IMG/VR virus record: IMGVR_UViG_3300017963_000263
DNA: 64,000 nt
Strand: one strand, 5' to 3'
DNA from: an uncultured virus (IMG/VR IMGVR_UViG_3300017963_000263)
Taxonomy: Duplodnaviria; Heunggongvirae; Uroviricota; Caudoviricetes
The position numbers and the translations under genes are program-made. Below, piece by piece: positions 37,173 through 45,526 of the stretch; the stretch's first letter is position 1; each line of letters starts with the position of its first letter. The notes under the pieces were generated by a model. The model made no database searches, was not told where the DNA came from, and saw only the letters and a list, made by a program, of their open reading frames with translations.

Positions 37173-37794
37173 CACCCACCTCTTCGCTCTTGTCTTCGAT
37201 CGCCCTCTGTTCCTCGGCTGCGAGCCTCCCTTCGATCTCGTCGGGTGGGAGCGGCTCGGACAGCTTGGCGAGGATGTTTTGGGTCGTCCCAACTTGTACG
37301 TTCACTTCCTCGGGCGCGTTGAGTCCCAGGTGCTTCATTGCCTGCTCCCTGGCCACGGCATGCGGCGTCAACTTGTACTCCACCTCTCGCATTTCATCGC
37401 CGTTCTCTGCTGTCCACAGCACCTTGACCTTGTAGCCGTCGACGATAGACCGGCACCGCTTAGGCAGTTGGTGCGGCAATTTCGGCGTGCCGTCTTCCCG
37501 ACAAAAGTCGGCCAAATCCCTCGTCAGAGCATAGTACAACTGCCGCAACGCTTCGTGCCGATCCAATTCCAACTGCTCAACATCCAGTCGCTCTAGCTTG
37601 CCGATGTACGCCTTGATAATTGGGTTGTTCAACAACTTGTTGGCGGTCACCGCCGCGCAGCTTTCGGCATACCCAGCTCGCACCGCGGCAGCCTTTGGTC
37701 GTTTGTCGATAAGATACTCAGCAACGAACCGCCTCTGCTTATCGCTTTTAAGGCGACCCAGATTAGCACCCCTTTCCCTTAGTTCCGTTAGCAT
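37165..37794 (-). CDS. terS: Terminase small subunit
   Basis: KQRRFVAEYLID....AAVRAGY...A..LL.NP.I. Confidence 0.9.
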   Translation of the reverse strand: MLTELRERGANLGRLKSDKQRRFVAEYLIDKRPKAAAVRAGYAESCAAVTANKLLNNPIIKAYIGKLERLDVEQLELDRHEALRQLYYALTRDLADFCREDGTPKLPHQLPKRCRSIVDGYKVKVLWTAENGDEMREVEYKLTPHAVAREQAMKHLGLNAPEEVNVQVGTTQNILAKLSEPLPPDEIEGRLAAEEQRAIEDKSEEVGDE

Positions 37795-37923
37795 GGTTAT
37801 TAGCCCGCGTTACCCCTGCCTTACCTCTTTACTATGCCAATTGCTGTTGATATTACCCACCCCTTACCACTACTCTCGTGTTAAGTTAGGTAAGGGTTGT
37901 CAACAATTGTTGACGTTTTGGGG

Positions 37924-38397
37924 TTACTTGTCTGGCAGGGTGGGGGTTGTTCTGCCTGCCGCTTTGAGCACTAGTCGCCGTCGCACCTTCAGGGCTGCGG
38001 CCAGCACGGCTCCGTAGATACCGTTGTTCCGGTCGTGTTTGTCCAGTTGTTCTTTGCTGAGGCTGCTTCGGTCGACTTGCAGGCTTCGCTTGTGGGACCT
38101 GCCCAGTTTTCTTAGGGCAACCTTCCGTTGTCGGTGGTTGTAGTCGCTGGCGTCCTCGTCTGTGCAAATGACAAGGGCTCCGTGGTCGTTTCGGACCGTA
38201 ACGGGCCTTCCGCGGTCAGCCAGTTCCCTTTCAATCTGCTGTTTCAGGTTGAGGGATTTCCAGACGAAGTCCTTGTGACCTTCCTTGATTCGGAAAATGT
38301 CTTCGAGTTCGGCTACCGGGAGCACGTCACCCTTGTTGAGGGCGTCGAAGTCTACGGGGTAGCGGTTTGGTTGCCCGGCTGCAACTGTAGTTGACAT
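37924..38397 (-). CDS. Hypothetical protein, putative partner of the RAMP-like/pentamer-array locus
   Basis: 157 aa from MSTTVAAG; GGAG RBS just downstream of the last pentamer tract. Confidence 0.75.
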   Translation of the reverse strand: MSTTVAAGQPNRYPVDFDALNKGDVLPVAELEDIFRIKEGHKDFVWKSLNLKQQIERELADRGRPVTVRNDHGALVICTDEDASDYNHRQRKVALRKLGRSHKRSLQVDRSSLSKEQLDKHDRNNGIYGAVLAAALKVRRRLVLKAAGRTTPTLPDK

Positions 38398-38424
38398 AGT
38401 TTCGCTCCGAGATTGTGAGTAAAA

Positions 38425-38699
38425 ACCCTTCCTTTCCCCTCCGATCCGGTCCTGTCCACTCCTTTCCGCTCCGCTCACATCCAGACCATTCCATTCCAGT
38501 CCGCTCCAATCGCCTCCCATTCTATTGTATGGACAATTGCAGCCCTTTCCCCTCCTTTCCGTTCCCATCATCTCCGCTGCGCTCCTATCCGCTCTCTCTC
38601 CCCTCCACTACCGAAAGATGATGACAACCTTTCCTTTCCTCTCCGCTCCCGTCCTATCCGCTCCTCGCCATTCCTTTCCCATCCTTTCCTGTCCAATCC
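38425..38699 (-). repeat. Three tracts of phased (GGA-NN)n pentamers, probable non-coding guide-like RNA array
   Basis: Tracts 38627-38699 (15 triplets), 38543-38606 (13, one extra base) and 38425-38517 (19); separated by 20- and 25-nt linkers. Confidence 0.9.
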
Positions 38700-39280
38700 T
38701 ATGCCGAAACATCCACAACCTCGAATAGCCCATATTTCCGCTGCCAATCGCTCAGCCCCACCTCGTCACCCGCGATTGCCAGCCACCCCTCAAGGTCCTT
38801 TGCGTTGAACTTGGACGGGTTCCAGAGCAGTTCGCATTTCAGTTCCCATTCGGAAAATATGGGCCGCGTTCGCATGACCTTGACCTGCCCAACCCTTACC
38901 AGTTTGGAGAACCGATACTTCGGGTCAAGCGCCCACAGTTCATCGGCTGTCTTGGGGCCGTCGTAGATCAGCGGCCAATTACCGTTGCACCGAAGGCCCT
39001 TGTCAACCTGCTTGCCCATTTTCTCGGTTTTGGCTGCCGTCTTCAGCATGGCCTCGATATTCTCGCCCGGCCAACATGGGGCCCCGCGATCGTCTACGTA
39101 CAGCCCGCCGTACCACTCAAGCCGCATCAGTTCGGCGAGGTCCTCCGCGGTCTTCTTCCGCTTTGAGGTGATCTCCTTTATTGCCCTGGCCCATTGGTTC
39201 ATCGGATCTGCCAATTGCCCGTTGTGCATGATCGTCGGCACCAATCCACGAATCCGTACCCCCATCGTCTCGTAAGCCAT
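38699..39280 (-). CDS. Stand-alone RAMP/Cas7-like protein
   Basis: N-terminal strand VRIRGLVPTIMH; PCWPGENIEAML (cf. Cas7/Csm3 P.IPGSS.KG); RTRPIF..W; C-terminal Gly loop GDEVGLSDWQRKYGLFEV. Confidence 0.7.
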   Translation of the reverse strand: MAYETMGVRIRGLVPTIMHNGQLADPMNQWARAIKEITSKRKKTAEDLAELMRLEWYGGLYVDDRGAPCWPGENIEAMLKTAAKTEKMGKQVDKGLRCNGNWPLIYDGPKTADELWALDPKYRFSKLVRVGQVKVMRTRPIFSEWELKCELLWNPSKFNAKDLEGWLAIAGDEVGLSDWQRKYGLFEVVDVSA

Positions 39281-39299
39281 TTTGTTCGCTCCTTTTTCG

Positions 39300-39677
39300 T
39301 TACCCCAACTCTGGTAGCGTATCGCTGTACCTTGCCAGCGACAGTTCTCTTCTCGTGGCCCTATTCCTCACGCACGGCGTATGCACTCGGTCGACCACCT
39401 TCATCAGGTCCACGGGTGGGGTGGCGAGGTCTTCTTTCTCGCCTAGCCACATGATGGAGTCTAGGGGCACGTCCCGGTCGACCACTACCTCGGCAGTGAT
39501 GGCCACAGTGTTCCCCTGCGCGTCGGAACCTTCCCGTTGCACCTCCACCCAGCGGCAATTGACCTCTACGGCGGCGGCGACAATCGGTCGTCCTTTTTCA
39601 TCATGTTTCGGGGCCGTTGTGGCCGCCGCCCAGAGGACAGCTTTCTGGCACAGGCCGTGTTCTGCTAATCGTGTCAT
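39300..39677 (-). CDS. Head closure/adaptor-like protein
   Basis: QKAVLW...DEKGRP...EVNCRW...DAQGNTV. Confidence 0.55.
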   Translation of the reverse strand: MTRLAEHGLCQKAVLWAAATTAPKHDEKGRPIVAAAVEVNCRWVEVQREGSDAQGNTVAITAEVVVDRDVPLDSIMWLGEKEDLATPPVDLMKVVDRVHTPCVRNRATRRELSLARYSDTLPELG

Positions 39678-40009
39678 GCTGTGTCGTGAATTTGGACCCT
39701 GAAGTGCCCTGCCTCGACCGGAAACGATTCGCCCAGCGTACCGTCATAGACCACAAAGTAGGCATGGAAGGTGCCGGCCGTGTCTACGTCGGCGGCCGCG
39801 GGGGCATAGTACACCTTTCCGTTCGTGGCGTCGTTCACCGTGACGTTATCGGTGGTCTCCGCGACAACCGCTGTCCCCTGGCTATCCACCATCTTGAATT
39901 TGACGGTCAACCCGGTCACATCTACGGCCGTTCCGTCCGGGCGGACAAGTTGTGCGGCGATCGCTGTACGCCGATCTCCTACCTGTCTATGCTGCGTTTT
40001 TCTGGCCAT
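39674..40009 (-). CDS. BppU N-terminal-like Ig-fold virion protein
   Basis: GD....A.L...DGTAVDVTG.TV.F.M...G.V.Y.....DVDTAG.F.A.F...FP. Confidence 0.7.
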   Translation of the reverse strand: MARKTQHRQVGDRRTAIAAQLVRPDGTAVDVTGLTVKFKMVDSQGTAVVAETTDNVTVNDATNGKVYYAPAAADVDTAGTFHAYFVVYDGTLGESFPVEAGHFRVQIHDTA

Positions 40010-40203
40010 TAGGTGGCCCCCGTGATTTTCATGTAGCCCTGCTCGGTGCCCGTGGTTTCCTGGTACCCCGATTCCGTGCCTATTGCCGTCTGGTAGCCGG
40101 TCTCTGCGCCCTCGATTTCCAGGTATTCATCAACCGCCACTACGGGGCTGGCTGATTTCCGACCCGTGACCAACGCCAGCAGGTCCCAGAATCCAGCCAT
40201 CAC
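40009..40203 (-). CDS. Small virion-associated protein with GTE.GY repeats
   Basis: GAETGYQ, GTESGYQ, GTEQGYM. Confidence 0.5.
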   Translation of the reverse strand: MMAGFWDLLALVTGRKSASPVVAVDEYLEIEGAETGYQTAIGTESGYQETTGTEQGYMKITGAT

Positions 40204-41027
40204 GTTACCCCCGTGATGGGACTAGCATCGGCGTCCACGGTAACCGTCTTCGTGGCGTGTGTAGTGCTGCCGTCTGTGCGTTTGATCGTCCAGGTAGTGC
40301 CGCTGATGGCACTTTCGAGCATGGCCAGGATTACTGTGCCTAGACAATGCTCGGGCATCGTAGCCTCGACATTGTCGACATCCCGCTGCACAATCGCATC
40401 CGCCACGCTGTTGCGCTCACCTGCCGTCAACGCCATTGCGTCCCCCGCGACGGCAAACCCCGTTGCCTTACTCGCCGTGCGGCTTTCGGAATCGGTAGTA
40501 ACGTCCGGCAGGTTCGTAAACGTGCTCCCGTCCAGTGTTGCCGGCAGGCAGTCCACGTATTCGCTAAGCGCTGTCAACTGGGTGTCTAGGTCGGCAGAGG
40601 CGAGCCCAATGGCCCCGCGTATTCCGGCCGCATCAAGGGGCGTCCTGGTGTTGGCGCTGTCCGTGCCCCGCATGTACCGATTCTCAATCGAGAATTCCCC
40701 AATCACCCTAACAACCGCCTGCGAGTCGACCGTCTCGTCTGGGCTCAGCACCACAGAATAGTCACTCCCGGTCGCCCAGAAGCCATCGTCTCCCGTATCG
40801 TTCGACGTGTCGATCGCCAGCAGGTGTAGCCCGGTGACTGAATCGAACGGGCTCGTCATCGTGAGGCCGTTGGCCGTTGTCTTTTCGTTGGCCGCCCCGT
40901 TCTTGTAGATTTTGACGTCGGTGTTCTCGAACGCATCGGACGGAGCCACGGCCCCTCCGTCTCCATCGTGCGTGGTGAAGAATACGTAGACCGTCGAGTC
41001 TTCAGCGAAGTCGCCCTTGTAGCTCAT
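40200..41027 (-). CDS. Putative virion structural protein
   Basis: Thr/Asp/Ala-rich; coupled to neighbours. Confidence 0.6.
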   Translation of the reverse strand: MSYKGDFAEDSTVYVFFTTHDGDGGAVAPSDAFENTDVKIYKNGAANEKTTANGLTMTSPFDSVTGLHLLAIDTSNDTGDDGFWATGSDYSVVLSPDETVDSQAVVRVIGEFSIENRYMRGTDSANTRTPLDAAGIRGAIGLASADLDTQLTALSEYVDCLPATLDGSTFTNLPDVTTDSESRTASKATGFAVAGDAMALTAGERNSVADAIVQRDVDNVEATMPEHCLGTVILAMLESAISGTTWTIKRTDGSTTHATKTVTVDADASPITGVT

Positions 41028-42154
41028 CCAACCAGCCCTCCATTTATCAGCACGGGCGCTCCGCCACTGCCGCCCGCCGGCTGAATCGCTCCCTTCCACG
41101 GGTAACTGGGATTTGCCGCCAGCCACAGAGCGAAGTCCGGCCAACCGCCCTCAGCCCCAGTGCCCAACCCCTTCACGTTGCCGACATCCGCCGGGGTAAA
41201 GTTACCACTTCCCGCGTTCGGTAGTGGATCATTGCCGCCGGTCAGTGTTTCGTTGTCTTCCAGGAACAGGCAGTTCGCGGTCACGCTCGCGTTGTATGGG
41301 GTCGTGCAGTTGTACACGGCGTTCCGAGCAATCATCTTTGCCTGGAGGGACGTGGTGGAGTGCTGGTCTATTCCAGTGCACCCAACACCGCTCAACCCTG
41401 CTACTATGTTGCCTATGACTAATGAGTTCACCCCATCGGTATTTATTCCTATTTCGTTTGCTGCCCCGCCTGTCGACCAGATAGTGTTGTGGAGAATGCA
41501 AGTCGATGTACCACTGTTGTAGATGCCGCTCGTACCAGAACACACTACGATATTTCTTTCGACGACCGCAGCCGACGACACCCCAATCATCCTATTGGTA
41601 GGTGTGGCGTCAGTTGGATGGACGTAACAGCCCGACACCACTGCGTACCCTTGACCCGCAAAAATTGCGTAGTTACCACCGCAGCCGTACACCTCGCAAT
41701 TCAGCACCGTCAGGAATTGGTCCGCGTCAATTCCACGCTCATTCGTGCTGCCGTGGATTTTGCAGGCCCACACACTGCCGTAGTCGTCGAACTGCAAGAC
41801 AGGGTTTGCCCCTGTGTTCCGAGCGGTCAAAGCGGAGAAGACGATATGGTCTAGGGTGGTGCTTGCCCAAACAGAGGCGGAGGCGTTCCCGTCCAATATG
41901 CTAGACGCAGCCCCCTCGCCGCGAAACCAAAACGGCTTGGTGATTGACGGGGTGTAGCTCCCGAAGTATGCACACGTCGCCAAGTTTTTGCTCAACGTGT
42001 GGCTTCCCCGAATGTTAAGCCTGTCGCCGCCTGCGCCTTGGGCAACAATGCCCGTGTCAAGGGCATACTCCGGCGTGGCCCAAGCGTCACCCCACGACGT
42101 ACCGCCGTTGCCGTTGTTGCCGGAATCCGAGACGTAGTAGTCGGTCAGAGCCAC
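41024..42154 (-). CDS. Right-handed beta-helix protein (tailspike/pectate-lyase-like)
   Basis: YYVSDSGN...G.SW.DAWAT start; repeated N-I/V, G-I beta-helix pattern. Confidence 0.7.
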   Translation of the reverse strand: MALTDYYVSDSGNNGNGGTSWGDAWATPEYALDTGIVAQGAGGDRLNIRGSHTLSKNLATCAYFGSYTPSITKPFWFRGEGAASSILDGNASASVWASTTLDHIVFSALTARNTGANPVLQFDDYGSVWACKIHGSTNERGIDADQFLTVLNCEVYGCGGNYAIFAGQGYAVVSGCYVHPTDATPTNRMIGVSSAAVVERNIVVCSGTSGIYNSGTSTCILHNTIWSTGGAANEIGINTDGVNSLVIGNIVAGLSGVGCTGIDQHSTTSLQAKMIARNAVYNCTTPYNASVTANCLFLEDNETLTGGNDPLPNAGSGNFTPADVGNVKGLGTGAEGGWPDFALWLAANPSYPWKGAIQPAGGSGGAPVLINGGLVG

Positions 42155-42157
42155 GAA

Positions 42158-42487
42158 TCACCCCGCATTCACACCAACTGCCTTGACGAGTAACGGCCGA
42201 CTTTCTTCCTGCGTGCCCATCAAGCCCCTTGCAATTTGCTGGAGCGTTTGAAACTCCTCTTTCGTTAGGGGCTTTGCTCCTGCAAGGCCCGTGCTGCTTG
42301 GGATGCGTTCCCCCGGGTCGAGCGAATCGACCACAGCATCGACGTTGTCGACAGCAAACTGATTCCACGTCGGGCCGTCGGCCTCTGCCGCCAAATGAGC
42401 GAGCGAAGAAAACACGCCTCGCAAAAACGTGTCGTATCTGCCGAGGTCTGCTTTCTGTTCAACGGTCAAGCTATCGTAGGTGGCCAC
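42158..42487 (-). CDS. Hypothetical protein
   Basis: GGGGAG RBS, GTG start. Confidence 0.6.
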   Translation of the reverse strand: MATYDSLTVEQKADLGRYDTFLRGVFSSLAHLAAEADGPTWNQFAVDNVDAVVDSLDPGERIPSSTGLAGAKPLTKEEFQTLQQIARGLMGTQEESRPLLVKAVGVNAG

Positions 42488-42818
42488 GATGTCTCCCCTT
42501 TTCGTTTTTGGATTGTTCAGTTATCGCCGTTTCCAGTTCGTACCGAAACGTCTCGCCTAGTTGTTCGTTGTCAGGTTCCATCACACAGAGTCCGGTGTCT
42601 TGCTTGGGTTTCGGTTCCGTCGTTGGCCCCAGGTATTCAGTGCCTTCCAGGCCGTCGAAAACCGATAGCCCGGAGCCTTCTCGCTGTAGTCGTGACCGTA
42701 TAGTTTGCGGAGGGTCTTACGTGCCTTGCGGATTCTCACGGCAGCACCACCTCCGAGTTGTGTCGGTTGTCAGGTTCCGGCTTCCCGTTTCCGTTCTTGC
42801 CGTGCAGTCTGGGTTTCT

Positions 42819-43112
42819 TCAGTCGCCATAGTTCGGCGTCCACCCCGAGGCTACCGGTTCGCCGTCCGATAAAGTCACATAGCCACGCTCTTTCACGCGC
42901 TTGTAATCATCCCAACTAAGGTCGCGCACCTTGACGACGCGCCCGCCACACGGACAGCGCGAGCCTTGCCCAGGGAAAAGCCCACCACAAACGCACTGAT
43001 ACTCTCCGCACTTTTGGCACTGCATAACTCGCGGGTCACCAAGCGGCGTGCCGCAACCTGCAACCGCAAAGAACAACACCGCTGCGCCAATCACTCCCAG
43101 TAACCACTTCAT
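42819..43112 (-). CDS. Putative lipoprotein
   Basis: Signal peptide with lipobox VAGC. Confidence 0.5.
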   Translation of the reverse strand: MKWLLGVIGAAVLFFAVAGCGTPLGDPRVMQCQKCGEYQCVCGGLFPGQGSRCPCGGRVVKVRDLSWDDYKRVKERGYVTLSDGEPVASGWTPNYGD

Positions 43113-43138
43113 CGCTCGCTCCTTATGCTTCATTGCGT

Positions 43139-43462
43139 TCACTCGCCTGCGCTTTTCCGCTCTTGCCTTCGCTCGACGATCGCCACCTTTTCCTTGAGAG
43201 TGCCTATCTCGTCGGCATGCTCAACGCACCGCCGGTCTCGCTTCAAGAAGGCTCGCTGCACCTCCTGAATCGCCTTACGGTTTTCGTCCAGGTGCCGCGC
43301 GGTGCTGTCGAATTTTCGTTGCCACGGCCCGTCGCCGTTCAACGCCTTTTCGATTGCACGCAGCTTGGCTGTCCACTCCCCTGCCCGATAGGCGACTATA
43401 GCGAACGTGAAAAACCCACCGCCGCCAAGCACTAGGCCGCTAATCCCTATCGCCAGCTCCAT
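43139..43462 (-). CDS. N-terminal TM plus coiled-coil protein (holin-like)
   Basis: Hydrophobic N-terminus; basic C-terminus. Confidence 0.45.
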   Translation of the reverse strand: MELAIGISGLVLGGGGFFTFAIVAYRAGEWTAKLRAIEKALNGDGPWQRKFDSTARHLDENRKAIQEVQRAFLKRDRRCVEHADEIGTLKEKVAIVERRQERKSAGE

Positions 43463-43463
43463 G

Positions 43464-43679
43464 TCAGTCCCTCACCAGTTTGTCTTCCGTGTCGACCACC
43501 CGCTGCTGAAGTCGCTGCAACACCGCACGGTGTTCACACGTCAACAGACCATTCGGGGCGGCATCGTCATCCAACAAAAGGGTCCGCAGTGCATTACGCG
43601 CCTTGCCCAATGCCTGTATCGCTGTTTCGCGGCTGTCCTTTTTGGTGGGGCCGGTGCTGGTGGTCTCGGAGAAGCTCAT
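43464..43679 (-). CDS. Hypothetical protein
   Basis: ORF in operon. Confidence 0.5.
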   Translation of the reverse strand: MSFSETTSTGPTKKDSRETAIQALGKARNALRTLLLDDDAAPNGLLTCEHRAVLQRLQQRVVDTEDKLVRD

Positions 43680-43702
43680 CTCTTAGTTCCTGCGGAACAG
43701 GG

Positions 43703-43954
43703 CTACCAAAACATACGCGCGATAAAGTCGATTATGGGGTCACCTATCCAATACAGCGCGGCGACAAACAGAAGGATTGGCATAAAAACTGGAGCCAAGG
43801 CCCATGCCGCCGCCCATGATTCTGGCTGCCCCCAATCCACTGGTATATCTCGCCATTCTGCACCCGCCCGCGCAGCATAAAGGACGGGCCAATACAACAG
43901 GTACGTCAGAACCACGTAGCAGCCGATGGCAAAGCCTCGCTGTTCACTGCTCAT
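43703..43954 (-). CDS. Small membrane protein
   Basis: Two hydrophobic helices. Confidence 0.5.
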   Translation of the reverse strand: MSSEQRGFAIGCYVVLTYLLYWPVLYAARAGAEWRDIPVDWGQPESWAAAWALAPVFMPILLFVAALYWIGDPIIDFIARMFW

Positions 43955-44075
43955 TTCTTCTTTCGCTCCCCGGGCCACGTTAGCAGCACCGTAAACAGGA
44001 TCCCCATACCGCCCGCGCCTGTCATAATCCCAAACAGATAGGCCATGCGTGTACAAAGTAGAATTTCTTCCTGAC

Positions 44076-45506
44076 TCATTTCTTCTCCTTTACACGAGCG
44101 TAGCCCAAAGCATTCAAAGCCGCCTCGCGGCCACGATCAATGAGAAAGTCATCAACCTGCCCGGGAATCGTCCGCTTTACCCAATTCAAGAACGGATCGA
44201 CTGCCAGCGGGTCGCCAGTCTTCTTGTAATCCTCTAGGTCGGCCTTGACGAACCTCACCGCCCGTCGACCAAACAACGCAACGACCGCCAACACCACGGT
44301 TAGAATAAGCGACCAGAGCATGTTGCCACCCAGCGCCCACTTGATCCAGCCAAACGGAGCCGTCGCCACAGCCTTCGCGCCGTCGATAGCCTTGCGAATG
44401 ATGCCAGTGCGTTCCGCCTTGGCTTCCTCGGCAACCTGTTTCACCGTAGTCTCGATGCCGAGCGCCTTGGCGATAGCCTCCAGAGCTTTCGCTTTCGCCT
44501 CCTTGGCTTCGGTCTCCGCGGCCGTCGCTTTGGTGATAGCCTCGGTGCCCGGCTTGCCCGCGTCCTTCTCCAACGCTTCAAGCCGGGACGTGAGGGCGTC
44601 CACCTCAGCCCGCAGTTCCGCAACGTCCTTTTCCACTCGCACTGACACGTATTCTGTTGGCGGCGGGGCAGGAATCGGGCCACCGTCTCGCACCTCCTGC
44701 TGCACTTGGTCCCTAGCTCGGAACCACAAGAACGGATATTTCGTATCAGCACACAATTCCCGAATGGCATCGAGTGAGGCCCCCCACGTTCGGTCTGGCC
44801 CCATTGGGTTGCCGCGCGTCGAACGGGAAACGATGCTTACAAGCTTGTCGTCGCTGTCGAATATCGGCCCACCTGAGTCGCCCGCTTGCGCCTCGCCGCT
44901 CATCACCATAATGTCCCGGGGGCCGCACTCGCGCCCGCCGTAGCCCTCGCCGGTGTACTGCAGCACCTTGCCGCGTATGGCCCGATACACGTCGTTTGGG
45001 CCATAGCCGCACGCCCACACGGTATCGCCTATCGCGGGCTGCTTGTCGGCAATCCAGCATTGCGTATCGAGCGTTTCCTTCGACTCGACTTTCAATAGGG
45101 CGATATCCGCCGCCTTGTCGGCCAGAATGCTCCCGTCCGCCCGAAAGTAGATATCGGCCGTGCATTGTGTCCCGTCCGGCAGCCGCACGTTGAAGCCTGT
45201 GTACGGGTGGCCCTCTACGACGTGATAGGCCGTCAGAATGGCCACCTCCTGCTCGGCCATGCCTGCAATCACACCAGACGCCCCAAGGACATGGACGGCG
45301 ATACTGGGCGGCTTGACTCGCTGCTCCTCTGACTTGCCGAGGATAGGGTCGACGAGCCGGCCGAGCATTCCGGGCTGTTCGTAGCCGCTACCAGGGCGTG
45401 GGCAGTAGGTACCGGGGGGGCACTGGCACTTCACGGTCGTCGGCGTGGCCATTGCCGCCCCAAACAAAAACGCCGCCAAAATCAGGCCGGTTAGTAATCG
45501 TTTCAT
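44076..45506 (-). CDS. Exported trypsin-like serine protease with coiled coil and C-terminal TM
   Basis: Signal peptide; triad motifs LTAYHV, DIALL, GDSGGP. Confidence 0.85.
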   Translation of the reverse strand: MKRLLTGLILAAFLFGAAMATPTTVKCQCPPGTYCPRPGSGYEQPGMLGRLVDPILGKSEEQRVKPPSIAVHVLGASGVIAGMAEQEVAILTAYHVVEGHPYTGFNVRLPDGTQCTADIYFRADGSILADKAADIALLKVESKETLDTQCWIADKQPAIGDTVWACGYGPNDVYRAIRGKVLQYTGEGYGGRECGPRDIMVMSGEAQAGDSGGPIFDSDDKLVSIVSRSTRGNPMGPDRTWGASLDAIRELCADTKYPFLWFRARDQVQQEVRDGGPIPAPPPTEYVSVRVEKDVAELRAEVDALTSRLEALEKDAGKPGTEAITKATAAETEAKEAKAKALEAIAKALGIETTVKQVAEEAKAERTGIIRKAIDGAKAVATAPFGWIKWALGGNMLWSLILTVVLAVVALFGRRAVRFVKADLEDYKKTGDPLAVDPFLNWVKRTIPGQVDDFLIDRGREAALNALGYARVKEKK

Positions 45507-45526
45507 CGTGTTTCACCTTTGCTGGG

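Noticed and set aside
38425..38699. GGA array as a CsrB/RsmZ-type CsrA sponge or a simple microsatellite
   Set aside because: GGA is the CsrA motif, so this is not fully excluded. However, those RNAs show GGA in irregular hairpin loops, whereas this array has a strict 5-nt phase, no pairing partners, diverse NN and abuts a RAMP-like gene.
38327..38728. ORF-track peptides across the pentamer array, including the N-terminal extension of 37924..38571
   Set aside because: These are low-complexity translations of the repeat; the real start with an RBS is at 38397.
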